A program made the translations under genes and the position numbers. The notes beneath the pieces were generated by a model. The model was not told where the DNA came from and did no database searches. It was given only the letters and a program-made list of their open reading frames with translations. This document shows, in pieces, positions 27,935-38,216 of a DNA stretch of 64,000 nucleotides. Positions within the stretch are counted from its first letter, which is position 1. Every line of letters starts with the position of its first letter. Source of the stretch: Brachymonas sp. (lineage in GTDB: Bacteria > Pseudomonadota > Gammaproteobacteria > Burkholderiales > Burkholderiaceae_C); NCBI GenBank assembly GCA_035906235.1, contig JAMIFN010000132.1, positions 1,542 through 65,541 on the forward strand, in the 5' to 3' direction.

Positions 27935-28325
27935 CCCCTGATTTATTCATAAGCTATTGATTTTATTAGGTATTTTGGATTTTCCTGGTAAAATAACTCC
28001 CAGTTTTACTCTCTGCATTTGCGAGTTTTTGGGAATTTTTCATGTTTGCTTGCCCTGCCACCGAAGACTTCTTTCGCCTGCGCATTGATCAAATGATTGA
28101 CCTGCACCATTCCCTGGCTGCTGCGCCAAATCGCCAAGAAAGGCTTGGCCTTTCTTGAACAGGTTTTTTTACGCCTGCAGCAAATGGGGCTACAGGCAGG
28201 CTCAGCATACAAGCGACGATTGCAGTCGTTCAAATCATGGCTAAGGCTTACCTGTGCACCTGCCATGGCGGGCAGGTAAACCCCATCAGGCACTAGGTCA
28301 TGACCGGGAAATGAATAAATCAGGG
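27935..28325. mobile_element. 391-bp element bounded by inverted repeats (internally deleted IS, MITE-like)
   Basis: Perfect 16-bp inverted repeats: cccctgatttattcat (27935-27950) and atgaataaatcagggg (28310-28325). A transposase N-terminal remnant begins about 105 bp inside the left end. Confidence 0.65.
28042..28158 (+). pseudogene. IS5-family transposase N-terminal remnant
   Basis: MFACPATEDFFRLRIDQMIDLHHSLAAAP... resembles the conserved ..DDFFRxRxDQMIDLRHPLAVL.. start of IS5-group transposases. It stops after 38 codons. Confidence 0.45.
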
Positions 28326-28350
28326 GCGACGACATAGCCCGATTTCATGC

Positions 28351-28887
28351 CTAAAAACTCGATCCTGGCTGGCTGAGGAATTGCAACTCCTCAGCCGAGG
28401 ACACCCGCCCCAGTATTGCGTTGCGGTGCGGATAACGACCAAAGCGCTCGATGATGAGCTGGTGCTGTAACTCAAAATCGTAGCTATTGGCGCTGGCGTG
28501 TTGGGCAAACAGCGGCAGCGCTTGTGCATGAATGCTGCGCGATTCGCTGTGCATAAGGGGAAGCAGCAAAAAGCTGCGCTGGGTTTCATCCAAAGCCGAC
28601 AAAGCGCCACTGCGCACCGCCTCTTGCGCCAAAGCCAAAGCCTGCGCGTCTTGAGCAAAAGCCTGCGCACTGCCGCGATGGATATTGCGCGAGAACTGGT
28701 CCAGCACCATGATTTCCGCCAAGCGCCCCTGCGCTGTACTGCGCCAAGCGGCTAGTTCGCCCGCGCTGGCCTGCAGCAATAGGGGCGCAAAACGCTGGCG
28801 TATGCGCGCATCTACAGCCGCATCAGGTGTCCACCACTGAGATGGCTGCAACTCTTCAAACCAAAATTTCAGCACCGCGTTTGGCAT
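28351..28887 (-). CDS. DUF924-family protein
   Basis: VLKFWFEE...WW...LDQFSRNIHRGSAQAF...RFGRYPHRNAILGR pattern. Confidence 0.75.
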   Translation of the reverse strand: MPNAVLKFWFEELQPSQWWTPDAAVDARIRQRFAPLLLQASAGELAAWRSTAQGRLAEIMVLDQFSRNIHRGSAQAFAQDAQALALAQEAVRSGALSALDETQRSFLLLPLMHSESRSIHAQALPLFAQHASANSYDFELQHQLIIERFGRYPHRNAILGRVSSAEELQFLSQPGSSF

Positions 28888-28929
28888 AGCACCCTTTCGT
28901 TTGAGTTAAGCAGCCGCATGCAGCGCGGC

Positions 28930-30018
28930 TTAAGGCACCCAGTTAAAGAACAAGAAGGCGGCAAACACCACCAAATGCACGATGCCTTGCATGATGTTGC
29001 TGCGGCCATAAGTGACGGTGTGCAGGCTGATCCCAAAAGTCAGCAGCAGCAAGACCACGGCCTTGGGCGCCAGCCCCAGGGTCAGGGGCAAATCCAACAT
29101 CAGGGCTATGCCTATCACCACCGGGATGGTCAAGCCGATAGAAGCCAGCGCCGAGCCTATGGCCAGATTCATGCTGGTTTGCAGGCGGTTCATGCGGGCG
29201 GCGCGAATGGCGGCTATGGCCTCGGGCAGCAGCACCAAGATGGCAATCACAATACCCAAAACGGCGGGCGGCGCTTGCATCACGGTTAAGGCTTGTTCGA
29301 TACTGGGCGAGAGCAGCTTGGCCAGACCGATGACCACAACCAAGGACAGCATCATCAGCGCAAAAGCAAACCAGGCTTGGGTGCGGCTGGGCGGCTCGGG
29401 GTGGCGGCCATCGGCGCTGACTTCTGCGGTGTGCAGAAAATAGTCTTTATGCCGCATGGTTTGAATAAACACAAAAGCCAACCAAATCACCAACGAAGCC
29501 ACGGCCACAAAAAGCAGCTGCGAATGCGCGTAAGTGCCGGGCCCCGTGGTGGTGGTCAGGCTGGGCAGCACCAGCACCAAGGTGGCCAAAACCATCAGCG
29601 CCGTCAGCCCCGTGCCCACGCCTTCGACGCGAAAATCCTGTTCGTGGTGGCAATACGCCCCCACCCATAGCGCAGCGCCCATCACCCCAGTACAAATCAC
29701 CATGACGGCGGCGTAAATCGAGTCGCGCGCCAGTGTGGCGGCGCTGGCGCCACCGCCCAGCATCATGCTGACGATCAGCGCGGCTTCAATCACCGTAACC
29801 GCCAAAGCCAGCACGATCGTGCCGTAAGGCTCGCCCAAACGGTGCGCCACGGTTTCGGCATGATCGACAGCTGCCAAAACCGATGCCCCTAAAGCCAGCG
29901 CGCACAAAATCAGCAGCCATAAAGGTGTGCCCAGCACCGCCGCCAAGCCCCATAAAAAAATGGCCAGAAGGGGGGCAACAAGGGGCCAATTGGGGCGGAG
30001 GCTGGGGTAGTGGCTCAT
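28930..30018 (-). CDS. chaA: Ca2+/H+ antiporter (ChaA/CaCA family)
   Basis: About 11 TM helices, with LPEAIAAIRAARMNRLQTSMNLAIGSALASIGLTIPVV typical of ChaA. The start is trimmed to MSHYPSL. No clear RBS, so the start is uncertain. Confidence 0.65.
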   Translation of the reverse strand: MSHYPSLRPNWPLVAPLLAIFLWGLAAVLGTPLWLLILCALALGASVLAAVDHAETVAHRLGEPYGTIVLALAVTVIEAALIVSMMLGGGASAATLARDSIYAAVMVICTGVMGAALWVGAYCHHEQDFRVEGVGTGLTALMVLATLVLVLPSLTTTTGPGTYAHSQLLFVAVASLVIWLAFVFIQTMRHKDYFLHTAEVSADGRHPEPPSRTQAWFAFALMMLSLVVVIGLAKLLSPSIEQALTVMQAPPAVLGIVIAILVLLPEAIAAIRAARMNRLQTSMNLAIGSALASIGLTIPVVIGIALMLDLPLTLGLAPKAVVLLLLTFGISLHTVTYGRSNIMQGIVHLVVFAAFLFFNWVP

Positions 30019-30109
30019 GCTGCAGGGGGGGCAGAAAAGTATGCTGAAGGAGGGGCGGAAGGGGCATTGTAGAGAAGCCCAGCGCAAGGCTCAGAAAAAC
30101 TACAAAAAA

Positions 30110-30165
30110 GATAGCTACCCAGGCAGGTTTTACAGACTACAAGCCCAAAAACACCCTGAAAATTA
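30110..30165 (-). repeat. 55-bp dispersed repeat, copy 9
   Basis: gatagctacccaggcaggttttacagac...aaaaacaccctgaaaatta (2 core mismatches). It abuts the priA stop codon. Confidence 0.75.
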
Positions 30166-32328
30166 CACCGCCGCGGGATCCACATCCAGCGCCCAGCGCA
30201 GCAAGCCCGGACTGCGTATGCTGACAAATTGGCTGCGCCAGCGCGTGAGGAATTTTTGCAGGGCGGCGCGGTTCTCCGCCTCGACCAAAAGCTGGGCGCG
30301 TTCGGTATTGGCGACGCGCTGCATGGCCATGGGCACGGGGGCGTAGAGCATGACGCCGCCCTCGGCCACCAGCGCCTGCCCCAGATCGCAAGCGGCTTGC
30401 AAAAAGGCTTGCGCCGCCTCTTGCGTGCGTGCCTCAGCCCGCAGCAGGGCCTGAAAGCTAAAGGGCGGCATGGCCGCCATGTGCCGCTCTTGCAATTGGC
30501 TGCTGGCAAAGCCCGCCCAATCGTGGCGCATCAGCCAGGTGAACAGCGGGTGCTCGGGGTTAAAGGTTTGCACCAGCATTTGCGCCTTGCCGCTTAAATC
30601 GGCATCGCGCCCAGCACGGCCAGCCGCTTGCATCAGCAGGGCAGCACTGCGTTCAGGGGCGCGAAAGTCGGCGGCAAACAGGCCGCCATCGGGGTTGATG
30701 GCCGCCACCAGGGTGATGCGGCGAAAGTCGTGCCCCTTGGCCACCATTTGCGTGCCCACCAACACATCCACCGCGCCGCTGTGCAGCTGCTCTAGGTGCT
30801 GGCTCAGGCCGTCTTTGCCTTTAACGCTGTCGGCGTCCATGCGCAGCACACGGGCGGGCTGCCCATCGGGGCGCTGCACGCCAGCTAGCAGGGCGCTGAT
30901 TTCTTCTTCCAATTTTTCGGTGCCACGGCCTAGGGGGGCAATGTCTAAATTGCCGCATTCGGGGCAGGCGCGGGGCGTGGCTTGGGCATCGCCGCAGTGG
31001 TGGCAGCGCAGGCTGCGGTCGATTTTGTGAAAAACCTGAAAAGCGCTGCAATGGTTGCAGGCGCTTTTCCAGCCGCATTCGCCGCAGCTGAGCACGGGCG
31101 CATAGCCACGGCGGTTGAGCAACAACAGGGCTTGCTCGCCGCGCGCAATGCGCTCTTGCAAAGCAGCCAGCAAATAGCTGGAGATAACTGTGCCCTTGGG
31201 CTGCAAACGCATATCGACCAAGCGCACGGGGGTGAGTTGGCCCGCGCCTATGCGCTCGGGCAATTCTTGCAACTGATAGCGCCCGCTTTGCGCGGCCTGC
31301 CAGCTTTCTAAGCTGGGCGTGGCCGAGCCTAAAACCACGGTGCAGCTGCCTGCCGCCACGCTGTGCAGGCGCGCACTTTCTAGTTTTGCGCGGTACACCG
31401 CCAAATCGCGGGCTGAATGGCGTGCGCCGTCTTGCGCTTTGTAGCTGGCGTCGTGTTCTTCATCAACCACAATCAAACGCAAATCCACCAGGCTGGCAAA
31501 CACCGCCAAGCGCGTGCCCAGCACAATGCGTGCGCCCCCGCTGTGCGCCGCCAGCCAGGCGCTTGATCGCTCAGCCGCGGTCATGCCGCTGTGCATGCTG
31601 ACGACCGCCGCCGCGCCCAAATGGGCAAAGCGGGCGCGAAACTGCCCTAAGAGTTGGGGCGTGAGGTTGATCTCGGGCACCAGCACCAGCACCTGCGCCG
31701 TCGCTGCCGCCGCCAGCGTGGCCGCAGCGGCCTGCATATACACCTCGGTCTTGCCGCTGCCTGTGCGCCCAAACAGCAGCAGGGGTTTGCTGTCGGTTTG
31801 GCTTTGTGCGGCAGTGATGGCTTGCAGGGCAGCTGTTTGCGCGGGGTTTAAGGTTTTTTCAGGCTGTTTTTGCGTGTTTAAGGCGGAAACGCTGCCTGAG
31901 CAGCTCTCATTTTTGATGCTGTTTTCTGGATTTTCGAGCTTGGCGAGCTTTTTGAGCTTGCGTGCCAATTGCTCGGCACTCCAGTCTTTCAGCTGGGGCG
32001 GCAAGGCGGCCAGCGCCACTTCGCCCAAGCTGCGCTGGTAGTAACGGGCGGCAAAGGCGACCAGCTCCCGCCAGCTGGCAGGCAGGGGGGCAATGCCATC
32101 CAAAACCGTGCTGATGGCTTTGAGTTTGCCCACATCCAGCCCATCGGCCGTGGTGTGCGCGGTATCGGCAGCCTTGGCCTGCCCCCAGACCAGGCCCAGC
32201 ACCTCGCGCCGCCCCAAAGGCACCCGCACCAAGCTGCCCAACGCTAAGGGCGCAGGGTGGGTATAACTGAGCAGGGCGGGCAGGCGGCTATGCGCTGGCA
32301 GCGCCACCAAAACGCTGAAAACAGGCAC
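30163..32328 (-). CDS. priA: primosomal replication-restart helicase PriA
   Basis: Walker A GRTGSGKTEVY, DEEHD box, Cys-rich Zn region (CGECGW..CNHCS...CHHCG...CPECG) and a winged-helix N-terminus. Confidence 0.9.
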   Translation of the reverse strand: MPVFSVLVALPAHSRLPALLSYTHPAPLALGSLVRVPLGRREVLGLVWGQAKAADTAHTTADGLDVGKLKAISTVLDGIAPLPASWRELVAFAARYYQRSLGEVALAALPPQLKDWSAEQLARKLKKLAKLENPENSIKNESCSGSVSALNTQKQPEKTLNPAQTAALQAITAAQSQTDSKPLLLFGRTGSGKTEVYMQAAAATLAAAATAQVLVLVPEINLTPQLLGQFRARFAHLGAAAVVSMHSGMTAAERSSAWLAAHSGGARIVLGTRLAVFASLVDLRLIVVDEEHDASYKAQDGARHSARDLAVYRAKLESARLHSVAAGSCTVVLGSATPSLESWQAAQSGRYQLQELPERIGAGQLTPVRLVDMRLQPKGTVISSYLLAALQERIARGEQALLLLNRRGYAPVLSCGECGWKSACNHCSAFQVFHKIDRSLRCHHCGDAQATPRACPECGNLDIAPLGRGTEKLEEEISALLAGVQRPDGQPARVLRMDADSVKGKDGLSQHLEQLHSGAVDVLVGTQMVAKGHDFRRITLVAAINPDGGLFAADFRAPERSAALLMQAAGRAGRDADLSGKAQMLVQTFNPEHPLFTWLMRHDWAGFASSQLQERHMAAMPPFSFQALLRAEARTQEAAQAFLQAACDLGQALVAEGGVMLYAPVPMAMQRVANTERAQLLVEAENRAALQKFLTRWRSQFVSIRSPGLLRWALDVDPAAV
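31856..31915 (+). repeat. 55-bp dispersed repeat, copy 10 (inside the priA CDS)
   Basis: ttttcaggctgtttttgcgtgtttaaggcggaaacgctgcctgagcagctctc. On the priA sense strand it is translated as ..ESCSGSVSALNTQKQPEK.. Confidence 0.7.
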
Positions 32329-32364
32329 GGCAGCTGGGGCTAGGGAAGCAAAGGCTAGAGGCGA

Positions 32365-33117
32365 TTAGCGCGGGCAGTATTGGGTAAACACTTGCTGCAT
32401 GCGGCTGTCGCCCTTGGCCAGATCAATGGCCACTGCGCCATCGGTGCCATCGGTGCCATCACTGCCCTCAGCAGCCAACTGCGCTGGCAATTTCAGCTCT
32501 TGCCCTTGGCCGTTAAGGGCGCTGTAGTAGTGCAGGCGGCTCATGGCATAGGTTTTAGCCGCGCAGTGAAGTTGGTAGTGCGCCGCCAGCGAGCGTTGGC
32601 CTGCGCGCTTGGGCTCGGCCAAATTCTCGCGCCCATCAAACTGCACGCTGCCCGTTTTGCGGTCTTGTTGTACCGTGGCCGTCAGCACCAAAATCTGCCC
32701 TGCGGCATCGCTAAAGCGCCGGGCTTTTTGCAGGCGGTAGAGCGGCGCCAGCTCGCCCGTGACGCGGCTGCCGTTTTGCGCCAATTGTTCTAGGGCGTTT
32801 TCGTGTACCAAATACTGGCGCTGCTCGCTGCCCTGCCCCATGCGGATGCTGTTGCCGCTGGCATTCCAAGCAAAGCGGCCACGGCGCACCCAGGTGGAAA
32901 ATTCGCCTTTGTCTTCAGCCGTTTCGCTGATGCGGTAGCTGCGCTTGCCCAGCAATTGCAGCTCGGTATAAAAGCCTGGGCAAGAGGCGCAAGGCAAGGT
33001 GCCCACATACAAACCTTGCCAATCGAGGCTATTTTTGGCCCTGTCGGGCGCGGCACCAGCCGCACTAGCCGCAGCAGCGGTCAATAGCAAGGGCAGAAAA
33101 ACCGAAGAAACGCGCAT
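32365..33117 (-). CDS. NlpE-N-domain-containing periplasmic protein
   Basis: Signal peptide, then YVGTLPCASCPGFYTELQL (the CxxC motif of the NlpE/CutF N-domain). The C-terminal domain is unassigned. Confidence 0.55.
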   Translation of the reverse strand: MRVSSVFLPLLLTAAAASAAGAAPDRAKNSLDWQGLYVGTLPCASCPGFYTELQLLGKRSYRISETAEDKGEFSTWVRRGRFAWNASGNSIRMGQGSEQRQYLVHENALEQLAQNGSRVTGELAPLYRLQKARRFSDAAGQILVLTATVQQDRKTGSVQFDGRENLAEPKRAGQRSLAAHYQLHCAAKTYAMSRLHYYSALNGQGQELKLPAQLAAEGSDGTDGTDGAVAIDLAKGDSRMQQVFTQYCPR

Positions 33118-33159
33118 GAAAAGCTCCTTCAAATAGCAAAGTGACAGCGAGAAAACCGA

Positions 33160-34212
33160 TTATTCGTAGCCGTAGGCGCGCAGTTTGGCGGCGTTATCGG
33201 CCCAGCCCGATTGCACTTTCACCCACAGCTGCAGATGCACTTTAGCCCCCAGAAGACGCTCTAAATCTTGCCTGGCCTCTGAGCCTATGCGTTTGAGCTT
33301 TTCGCCGCCTTCGCCAATGATCATAGCCTTGTGGCTGTCGCGCTCGACAATGATGGCAGCGGAGATTTTGCAAAACCTGTCCATGCCCGGTTGCGGGGTT
33401 TTAAGCGGCTCTTCTTCAAATTGTTCGACGATGACGGTGGAGGTGTAGGGCAGCTCGTCGCCGCTTAAGCGGAATAATTTTTCGCGCACCATTTCGGCTA
33501 CCAAAAAGCGCTCGCTCTTGTCGCTGACCTGGCCGTCTTGGTAGTGCCAGTCTTGCTCGGGTAAATACTGCGCCAAAATCCCCAAAAGACGCTGCATATC
33601 GGCCGGCTTTTTGGCCGATAGCGGCACGATTTCAGCAAAGGGAAAGCGCGCTTGCATATCTTTCAGCCAACGCATCAAATCGGCGCGGTGTTTGATTTGG
33701 TCCAACTTATTGGCCAACAACAGCACAGGCGTGTGTTGCGGCAGCAGCGCTAGCACCTTGGCATCGCCCAGGGTGAAGTTGCCGGCTTCGACCACCAGCA
33801 CCACCACATCCACATCGCTGAGCGCGCTGGTCACGGCTTTGTTCAGGTTTTTATTCAGGGCATTGCTGTGGCGGGTTTGAAAACCTGGGGTATCAACAAA
33901 CACATATTGATTGCTACCCGCCGTGCGCACACCCGTGATGCGGTGGCGCGTGGTTTGCGCCTTGCGGCTGGTGATGCTGACTTTTTGCCCCACTAAGGCA
34001 TTGAGCAAAGTAGATTTACCGACATTGGGGCGGCCGACGATGGCGATACTGCCGCAGCGCGGCGGGCCGCTGGGCAGATCGGCTTCGGCGCTGGCCTCAG
34101 CGGCCTGGGCATCAGGCGCAGTGTTTGCAGCCTGCGCGGCTTCGCTGCCAGCTTTGGCAAAAAAGGCATCAATGACGCTGGGGTCGGGGGTTTTGTCGTT
34201 CGCTTGCGTCAT
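33160..34212 (-). CDS. era: GTPase Era
   Basis: G1 [10 protein letters not shown]3 DTPG, G4 NKLD and a KH domain C-terminus. The N-terminal extension is about 55 aa and A/E-rich. Its ATG overlaps the rnc stop (ATGA). Confidence 0.9.
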   Translation of the reverse strand: MTQANDKTPDPSVIDAFFAKAGSEAAQAANTAPDAQAAEASAEADLPSGPPRCGSIAIVGRPNVGKSTLLNALVGQKVSITSRKAQTTRHRITGVRTAGSNQYVFVDTPGFQTRHSNALNKNLNKAVTSALSDVDVVVLVVEAGNFTLGDAKVLALLPQHTPVLLLANKLDQIKHRADLMRWLKDMQARFPFAEIVPLSAKKPADMQRLLGILAQYLPEQDWHYQDGQVSDKSERFLVAEMVREKLFRLSGDELPYTSTVIVEQFEEEPLKTPQPGMDRFCKISAAIIVERDSHKAMIIGEGGEKLKRIGSEARQDLERLLGAKVHLQLWVKVQSGWADNAAKLRAYGYE

Positions 34213-34856
34213 TGCAGGGCTTTCCATAAAAGTTCGGCGGCTTCTTGTTCGGCGGCGCGTTTTGAGCCACCTTGGCCGCGTGTGGCCAGTTGTTTGGCTG
34301 GCAGGGCGCATTCCACTTCAAATTGCAGATGGTGCGCCGCGCCTTGCGTCGCCACTAGCGTGTATTGCGGCAAGCCCCATTTTTTGCTTTGGGTGAATTC
34401 TTGCAAACGGGTTTTGGCGTCTTGTGCCTGCGCGGGGCTGAGGCTGGCTAGATCGAGGGTGTTGTAGAGGGTAAAAACCCAGTTACGGGCGGCAGCAAAG
34501 CCTTCATCCAAATAAATGGCCCCCAACAACGCCTCCAAGGCGTCAGCCAAGATGGAGGCACGCGCCGCACCGCCACTGCGTTTTTCACCTGCCCCCAAGC
34601 GCAAATGCGCACCTAAATCTAAGCGCAATGCCAATTTGTGTAGGGTTTCTTCGCGCACCAAGAGGGCCCGCATGCGCGAGAGTTCGCCCTCGCTTAAATC
34701 TGGGTATTTGGCATAAAGCCAATCGCTGATGCACAGGCTGAGCACGGCATCGCCCAAAAACTCCAGGCGTTCGCCGTTGTGCGCGCCAAAGCTGCGGTGC
34801 GTTAAGGCTTGCTGCTGATGGGGGGTGCTAGGCTGGCTAAACAGCGACTGGGCCAT
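34209..34856 (-). CDS. rnc: ribonuclease III
   Basis: The signature [11 protein letters not shown] plus a C-terminal dsRBD. Confidence 0.9.
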   Translation of the reverse strand: MAQSLFSQPSTPHQQQALTHRSFGAHNGERLEFLGDAVLSLCISDWLYAKYPDLSEGELSRMRALLVREETLHKLALRLDLGAHLRLGAGEKRSGGAARASILADALEALLGAIYLDEGFAAARNWVFTLYNTLDLASLSPAQAQDAKTRLQEFTQSKKWGLPQYTLVATQGAAHHLQFEVECALPAKQLATRGQGGSKRAAEQEAAELLWKALQ

Positions 34857-34862
34857 GCGTAC

Positions 34863-35243
34863 TTAAATCGCTTTGGGCACTGCTTGCGCGCTATTGCGCT
34901 TGCTCGTGCCATCGTATTTGAGCAAGAGATAGGCATTGGCGAACAGCGCGATTTCTTTGTTATAGGCAAAGCTGACATCAAAACGGCCAGTGCCATCGGG
35001 CTCGATGATCAAGTCATCAGGCTTGACCGAACTGATGACTTGGTCGATTTCCATGGCTTTGCCGTAGATGGTTTTGATTTCGACCGGGTTACTGCCTTCA
35101 GTCCCCGCTTTTTTCACGGCTTTCAAAATGCTTTGGTATTCGAGCACGGTGGGCACGACTTTGATCGTGACCAGGCCCAAAAAGGCCACCACAATGGCCA
35201 CCAAAACCAGACCGATCATGGTCATACCGCGTTGCTGATTCAT
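34863..35243 (-). CDS. DUF4845-family membrane-anchored protein
   Basis: N-terminal TM helix (GMTMIGLVLVAIVVAFLGLV). Its position between lepB and rnc is typical of betaproteobacteria. Confidence 0.65.
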   Translation of the reverse strand: MNQQRGMTMIGLVLVAIVVAFLGLVTIKVVPTVLEYQSILKAVKKAGTEGSNPVEIKTIYGKAMEIDQVISSVKPDDLIIEPDGTGRFDVSFAYNKEIALFANAYLLLKYDGTSKRNSAQAVPKAI

Positions 35244-35261
35244 ACACTATCCCCTAGAGGT

Positions 35262-36224
35262 TTATTGAAAACGACCGATGCGCTGGAAATTACCCAAATT
35301 CATCCACACCAGCACGGCTTTGCCGACAATGTTTTTGTCGGGCACAAAGCCCCAATAGCGCGAATCTTGTGAGTTGTCGCGATTATCCCCCATCATGAAA
35401 TAGTGTCCAGCCGGGACGATGCAGCGCACGCCTTCGGCGCTGTAGTCGCAGTTATCGCGGAATTCGGTAAATTCAGCAAAGGGATTGACGAAGGGCGGGC
35501 GCATGTCGTCATTCAAAATATTGTGCGCCACGCTGCCTTGCCCTGCAGGAATGGTTTCGCGGAATTGCCGGCTATAGGCTGCGCCGACCTCGCCACCAAA
35601 CAAAATCGCCTGCGTTTGCAGGTAATCGGGCTGGGGCGCTACCGGCAGCTCTTTGCCGTTGATCGTGAGGCGTTTATTGATGTATTCGATATGGTCGCCG
35701 GGCAGGCCAATCACGCGCTTGATGTAGTCTTGGTTGGTGTTGAGCGGGTAGCGGAACACCATGACATCGCCGCGCTGGGGCTGGCCGATTTCGACCACTT
35801 TTTCATTCAGCACGGGCAGGCGAATGCCATAGGTGAATTTATTCACCAAAATAAAGTCGCCAATCTCTAGCGTGGGCAGCATCGAGCCAGACGGAATTTT
35901 GAAAGGCTCGTACAAGAACGAACGCAGAAAAAACACGGCGATGATGACGGGGAAAAGCCCAGCCGTCCAATCCAACCACCAGGGCTGGCGCAGTTTGGCG
36001 GCGCGGTCTGCGCCTTCGGCAGCGGCTGCAGCCAATTGGCGGCGGCGTGGCAAAAAATACCGTTTTTCAAATAGCCAATACACCCCGGTGACGCTGGAGG
36101 CGACGAACAATATCAGGGCGAAATTGCTTTCGATTTTGCCAAAATACCAAGCCGCGCAATAGGCGACGAAAGCAGCCAAAACCAGCGCCGTGAGGGCGGG
36201 CAGAATTTTTTCCAAAAACTTCAT
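35262..36224 (-). CDS. lepB: signal peptidase I
   Basis: IPSGSMLPTL (catalytic Ser box), GDHIEY.., and GDNRDNSQDSRYWGFV box E. Confidence 0.9.
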   Translation of the reverse strand: MKFLEKILPALTALVLAAFVAYCAAWYFGKIESNFALILFVASSVTGVYWLFEKRYFLPRRRQLAAAAAEGADRAAKLRQPWWLDWTAGLFPVIIAVFFLRSFLYEPFKIPSGSMLPTLEIGDFILVNKFTYGIRLPVLNEKVVEIGQPQRGDVMVFRYPLNTNQDYIKRVIGLPGDHIEYINKRLTINGKELPVAPQPDYLQTQAILFGGEVGAAYSRQFRETIPAGQGSVAHNILNDDMRPPFVNPFAEFTEFRDNCDYSAEGVRCIVPAGHYFMMGDNRDNSQDSRYWGFVPDKNIVGKAVLVWMNLGNFQRIGRFQ

Positions 36225-36242
36225 AGCATCACTTTAAAAACT

Positions 36243-36292
36243 ATAGCTGCTCAGGCAGGTTTTTCGGCCTAAAACACCAAAAACATACTGAA
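36243..36292 (-). repeat. 55-bp dispersed repeat, copy 11 (between lepA and lepB)
   Basis: atagctgctcaggcaggtttttcggcctaaaacaccaaaaacatactgaa (exact core). Confidence 0.85.
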
Positions 36293-38107
36293 TTAATCAT
36301 CCACTTGCAAGATGGCCAGGAAGGCCTCTTGCGGCACTTCCACACTGCCGATTTGCTTCATGCGTTTTTTACCGGCTTTTTGTTTTTCTAACAGTTTGCG
36401 TTTGCGCGTGATGTCGCCGCCATAGCATTTGGCCAAGACATTTTTGCGCATGGCTTTGACGGTTTCGCGCGCGATGATGTTGCCGCCAATGGCTGCTTGA
36501 ATCGCCACATCGAACATTTGGCGGTCGATGATTTCGCGCATTTTGGCGACCACGGCGCGGCCACGGTATTGCGACTGGCTGCGGTGCACGATGATGGACA
36601 GGGCATCGACGCGCTCGCCATTGAGCATGATGTCCACCTTGACCACATCCGAGGCGCGGTATTCTTTGAACTCGTAATCCATGCTGGCGTAACCACGGCT
36701 GACGGATTTGAGTTTGTCGAAAAAGTCCAGCACGATTTCGCCCAGGGGCATGTCATAAGTCAGCACCACCTGGCGGCCTTTGTAGGCCATATTCAGCTGC
36801 ATGCCGCGCTTTTGGTTGCACAGGGTCATGACGGGGCCGACATATTCTTGCGGCATAAAGATATGCACTTCCACAATCGGCTCGCGAATCTCTTCGATTT
36901 TGCCGACTTCAGGCATTTTGCTGGGGTTTTCCACCATCAGCGTTTCGGGCTCTTTGCCGCCCGTGACCACCTCGTACACCACGCTGGGCGCGGTGGTGAT
37001 CAGGTCTTGGTCAAACTCGCGCTCCAGGCGCTCTTGCACAATTTCCATGTGCAAAAGACCCAGGAAACCGCAGCGGAAACCAAAGCCCAGCGCCTGCGAC
37101 ACCTCAGGCTCGTATTGCAGCGCAGCGTCATTTAACTTCAGCTTTTCCAGCGCGTCGCGCAGCTGATCGTATTCGCTGGCTTCTACGGGGTAAAGCCCCG
37201 CAAAAACTTGGGGCTGCACTTGCTTGAAACCTGGCAAGGCCACTTCGGCAGGACCCAGGTTGTTCGGCATTTTTTTCTCTAGCGTGACGGTGTCGCCCAC
37301 CTTGGCCGCTTGCAGCTCTTTGATGCCGCAAATGATGTAGCCCACTTCGCCCGCGTGCAGGGCGTTGCGCGGCTGGTCGGCGGGGGTAAAAACACCAATG
37401 CTATTGGCCTCATACGCCGCACCGGTGGCCATCAGTTTGATGCGTTCGTTTTTCTTCAAACTGCCATCGACCACACGCACCAGCATGACGACGCCGACAT
37501 AGGTATCAAACCAGCTGTCGATAATCATGGCGCGCAGCGGCGCATCAGGATTGCCCCGGGGCGGCGGCACCTTGGCCACCACCATTTCCAAAATTTCGTC
37601 TATGCCCATGCCGGTTTTGGCTGAGCAGGGGATGGCCTCGCTGGCGTCAATGCCGATGACATCTTCGACCTCTTTGCGCGCGCCCTCAGGGTCGGCCTGG
37701 GGCAAATCCATTTTGTTGAGCACGGTAAAAACCTCGACGCCCAAATCAATGGCGGTGTAGCAATTGGCCACGGTTTGCGCCTCAACGCCTTGGCTGGCAT
37801 CGACCACCAGCAATGCGCCCTCGCAGGCCGAGAGGCTGCGCGAGACTTCGTAGCTAAAGTCCACATGCCCAGGGGTGTCGATCAGATTGAGGTTGTAGAT
37901 TTGTCCGTCTTTGGCCTTGTACTGCAGCGCGGCGGTTTGTGCCTTGATGGTGATGCCGCGCTCTTTTTCAATGTCCATGGAGTCGAGCACCTGCGCACTC
38001 ATTTCCCGATCAGACAGGCCGCCGCAGCGCGAAATCAGGCGATCGGCCAAGGTGGATTTGCCGTGGTCGATGTGCGCGATGATGGAAAAGTTGCGAATGT
38101 GCTGCAT
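36293..38107 (-). CDS. lepA: translation elongation factor 4 (LepA)
   Basis: [24 protein letters not shown]..., DTPGHVDF and NKMD. The track ORF runs on to 38872, but that extension is a non-coding read-through. Confidence 0.9.
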   Translation of the reverse strand: MQHIRNFSIIAHIDHGKSTLADRLISRCGGLSDREMSAQVLDSMDIEKERGITIKAQTAALQYKAKDGQIYNLNLIDTPGHVDFSYEVSRSLSACEGALLVVDASQGVEAQTVANCYTAIDLGVEVFTVLNKMDLPQADPEGARKEVEDVIGIDASEAIPCSAKTGMGIDEILEMVVAKVPPPRGNPDAPLRAMIIDSWFDTYVGVVMLVRVVDGSLKKNERIKLMATGAAYEANSIGVFTPADQPRNALHAGEVGYIICGIKELQAAKVGDTVTLEKKMPNNLGPAEVALPGFKQVQPQVFAGLYPVEASEYDQLRDALEKLKLNDAALQYEPEVSQALGFGFRCGFLGLLHMEIVQERLEREFDQDLITTAPSVVYEVVTGGKEPETLMVENPSKMPEVGKIEEIREPIVEVHIFMPQEYVGPVMTLCNQKRGMQLNMAYKGRQVVLTYDMPLGEIVLDFFDKLKSVSRGYASMDYEFKEYRASDVVKVDIMLNGERVDALSIIVHRSQSQYRGRAVVAKMREIIDRQMFDVAIQAAIGGNIIARETVKAMRKNVLAKCYGGDITRKRKLLEKQKAGKKRMKQIGSVEVPQEAFLAILQVDD

Positions 38108-38216
38108 GGGCCAAAAAAGAGAAAAGGAAAAAAGCAGGCGCAGACCCGCGCCATGAGCGCTGGCAGGCCAAGGGGCGAATTTTAAGCCAGTAGCCGGCAG
38201 CTCATCGCCCTGCATA

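Noticed and set aside
28006-28335. A 109-aa minus-strand ORF between the PDE gene and the DUF924 gene.
   Set aside because: The region is better explained as the interior of the element bounded by inverted repeats, which carries a plus-strand transposase remnant. The ORF has no motifs or RBS.
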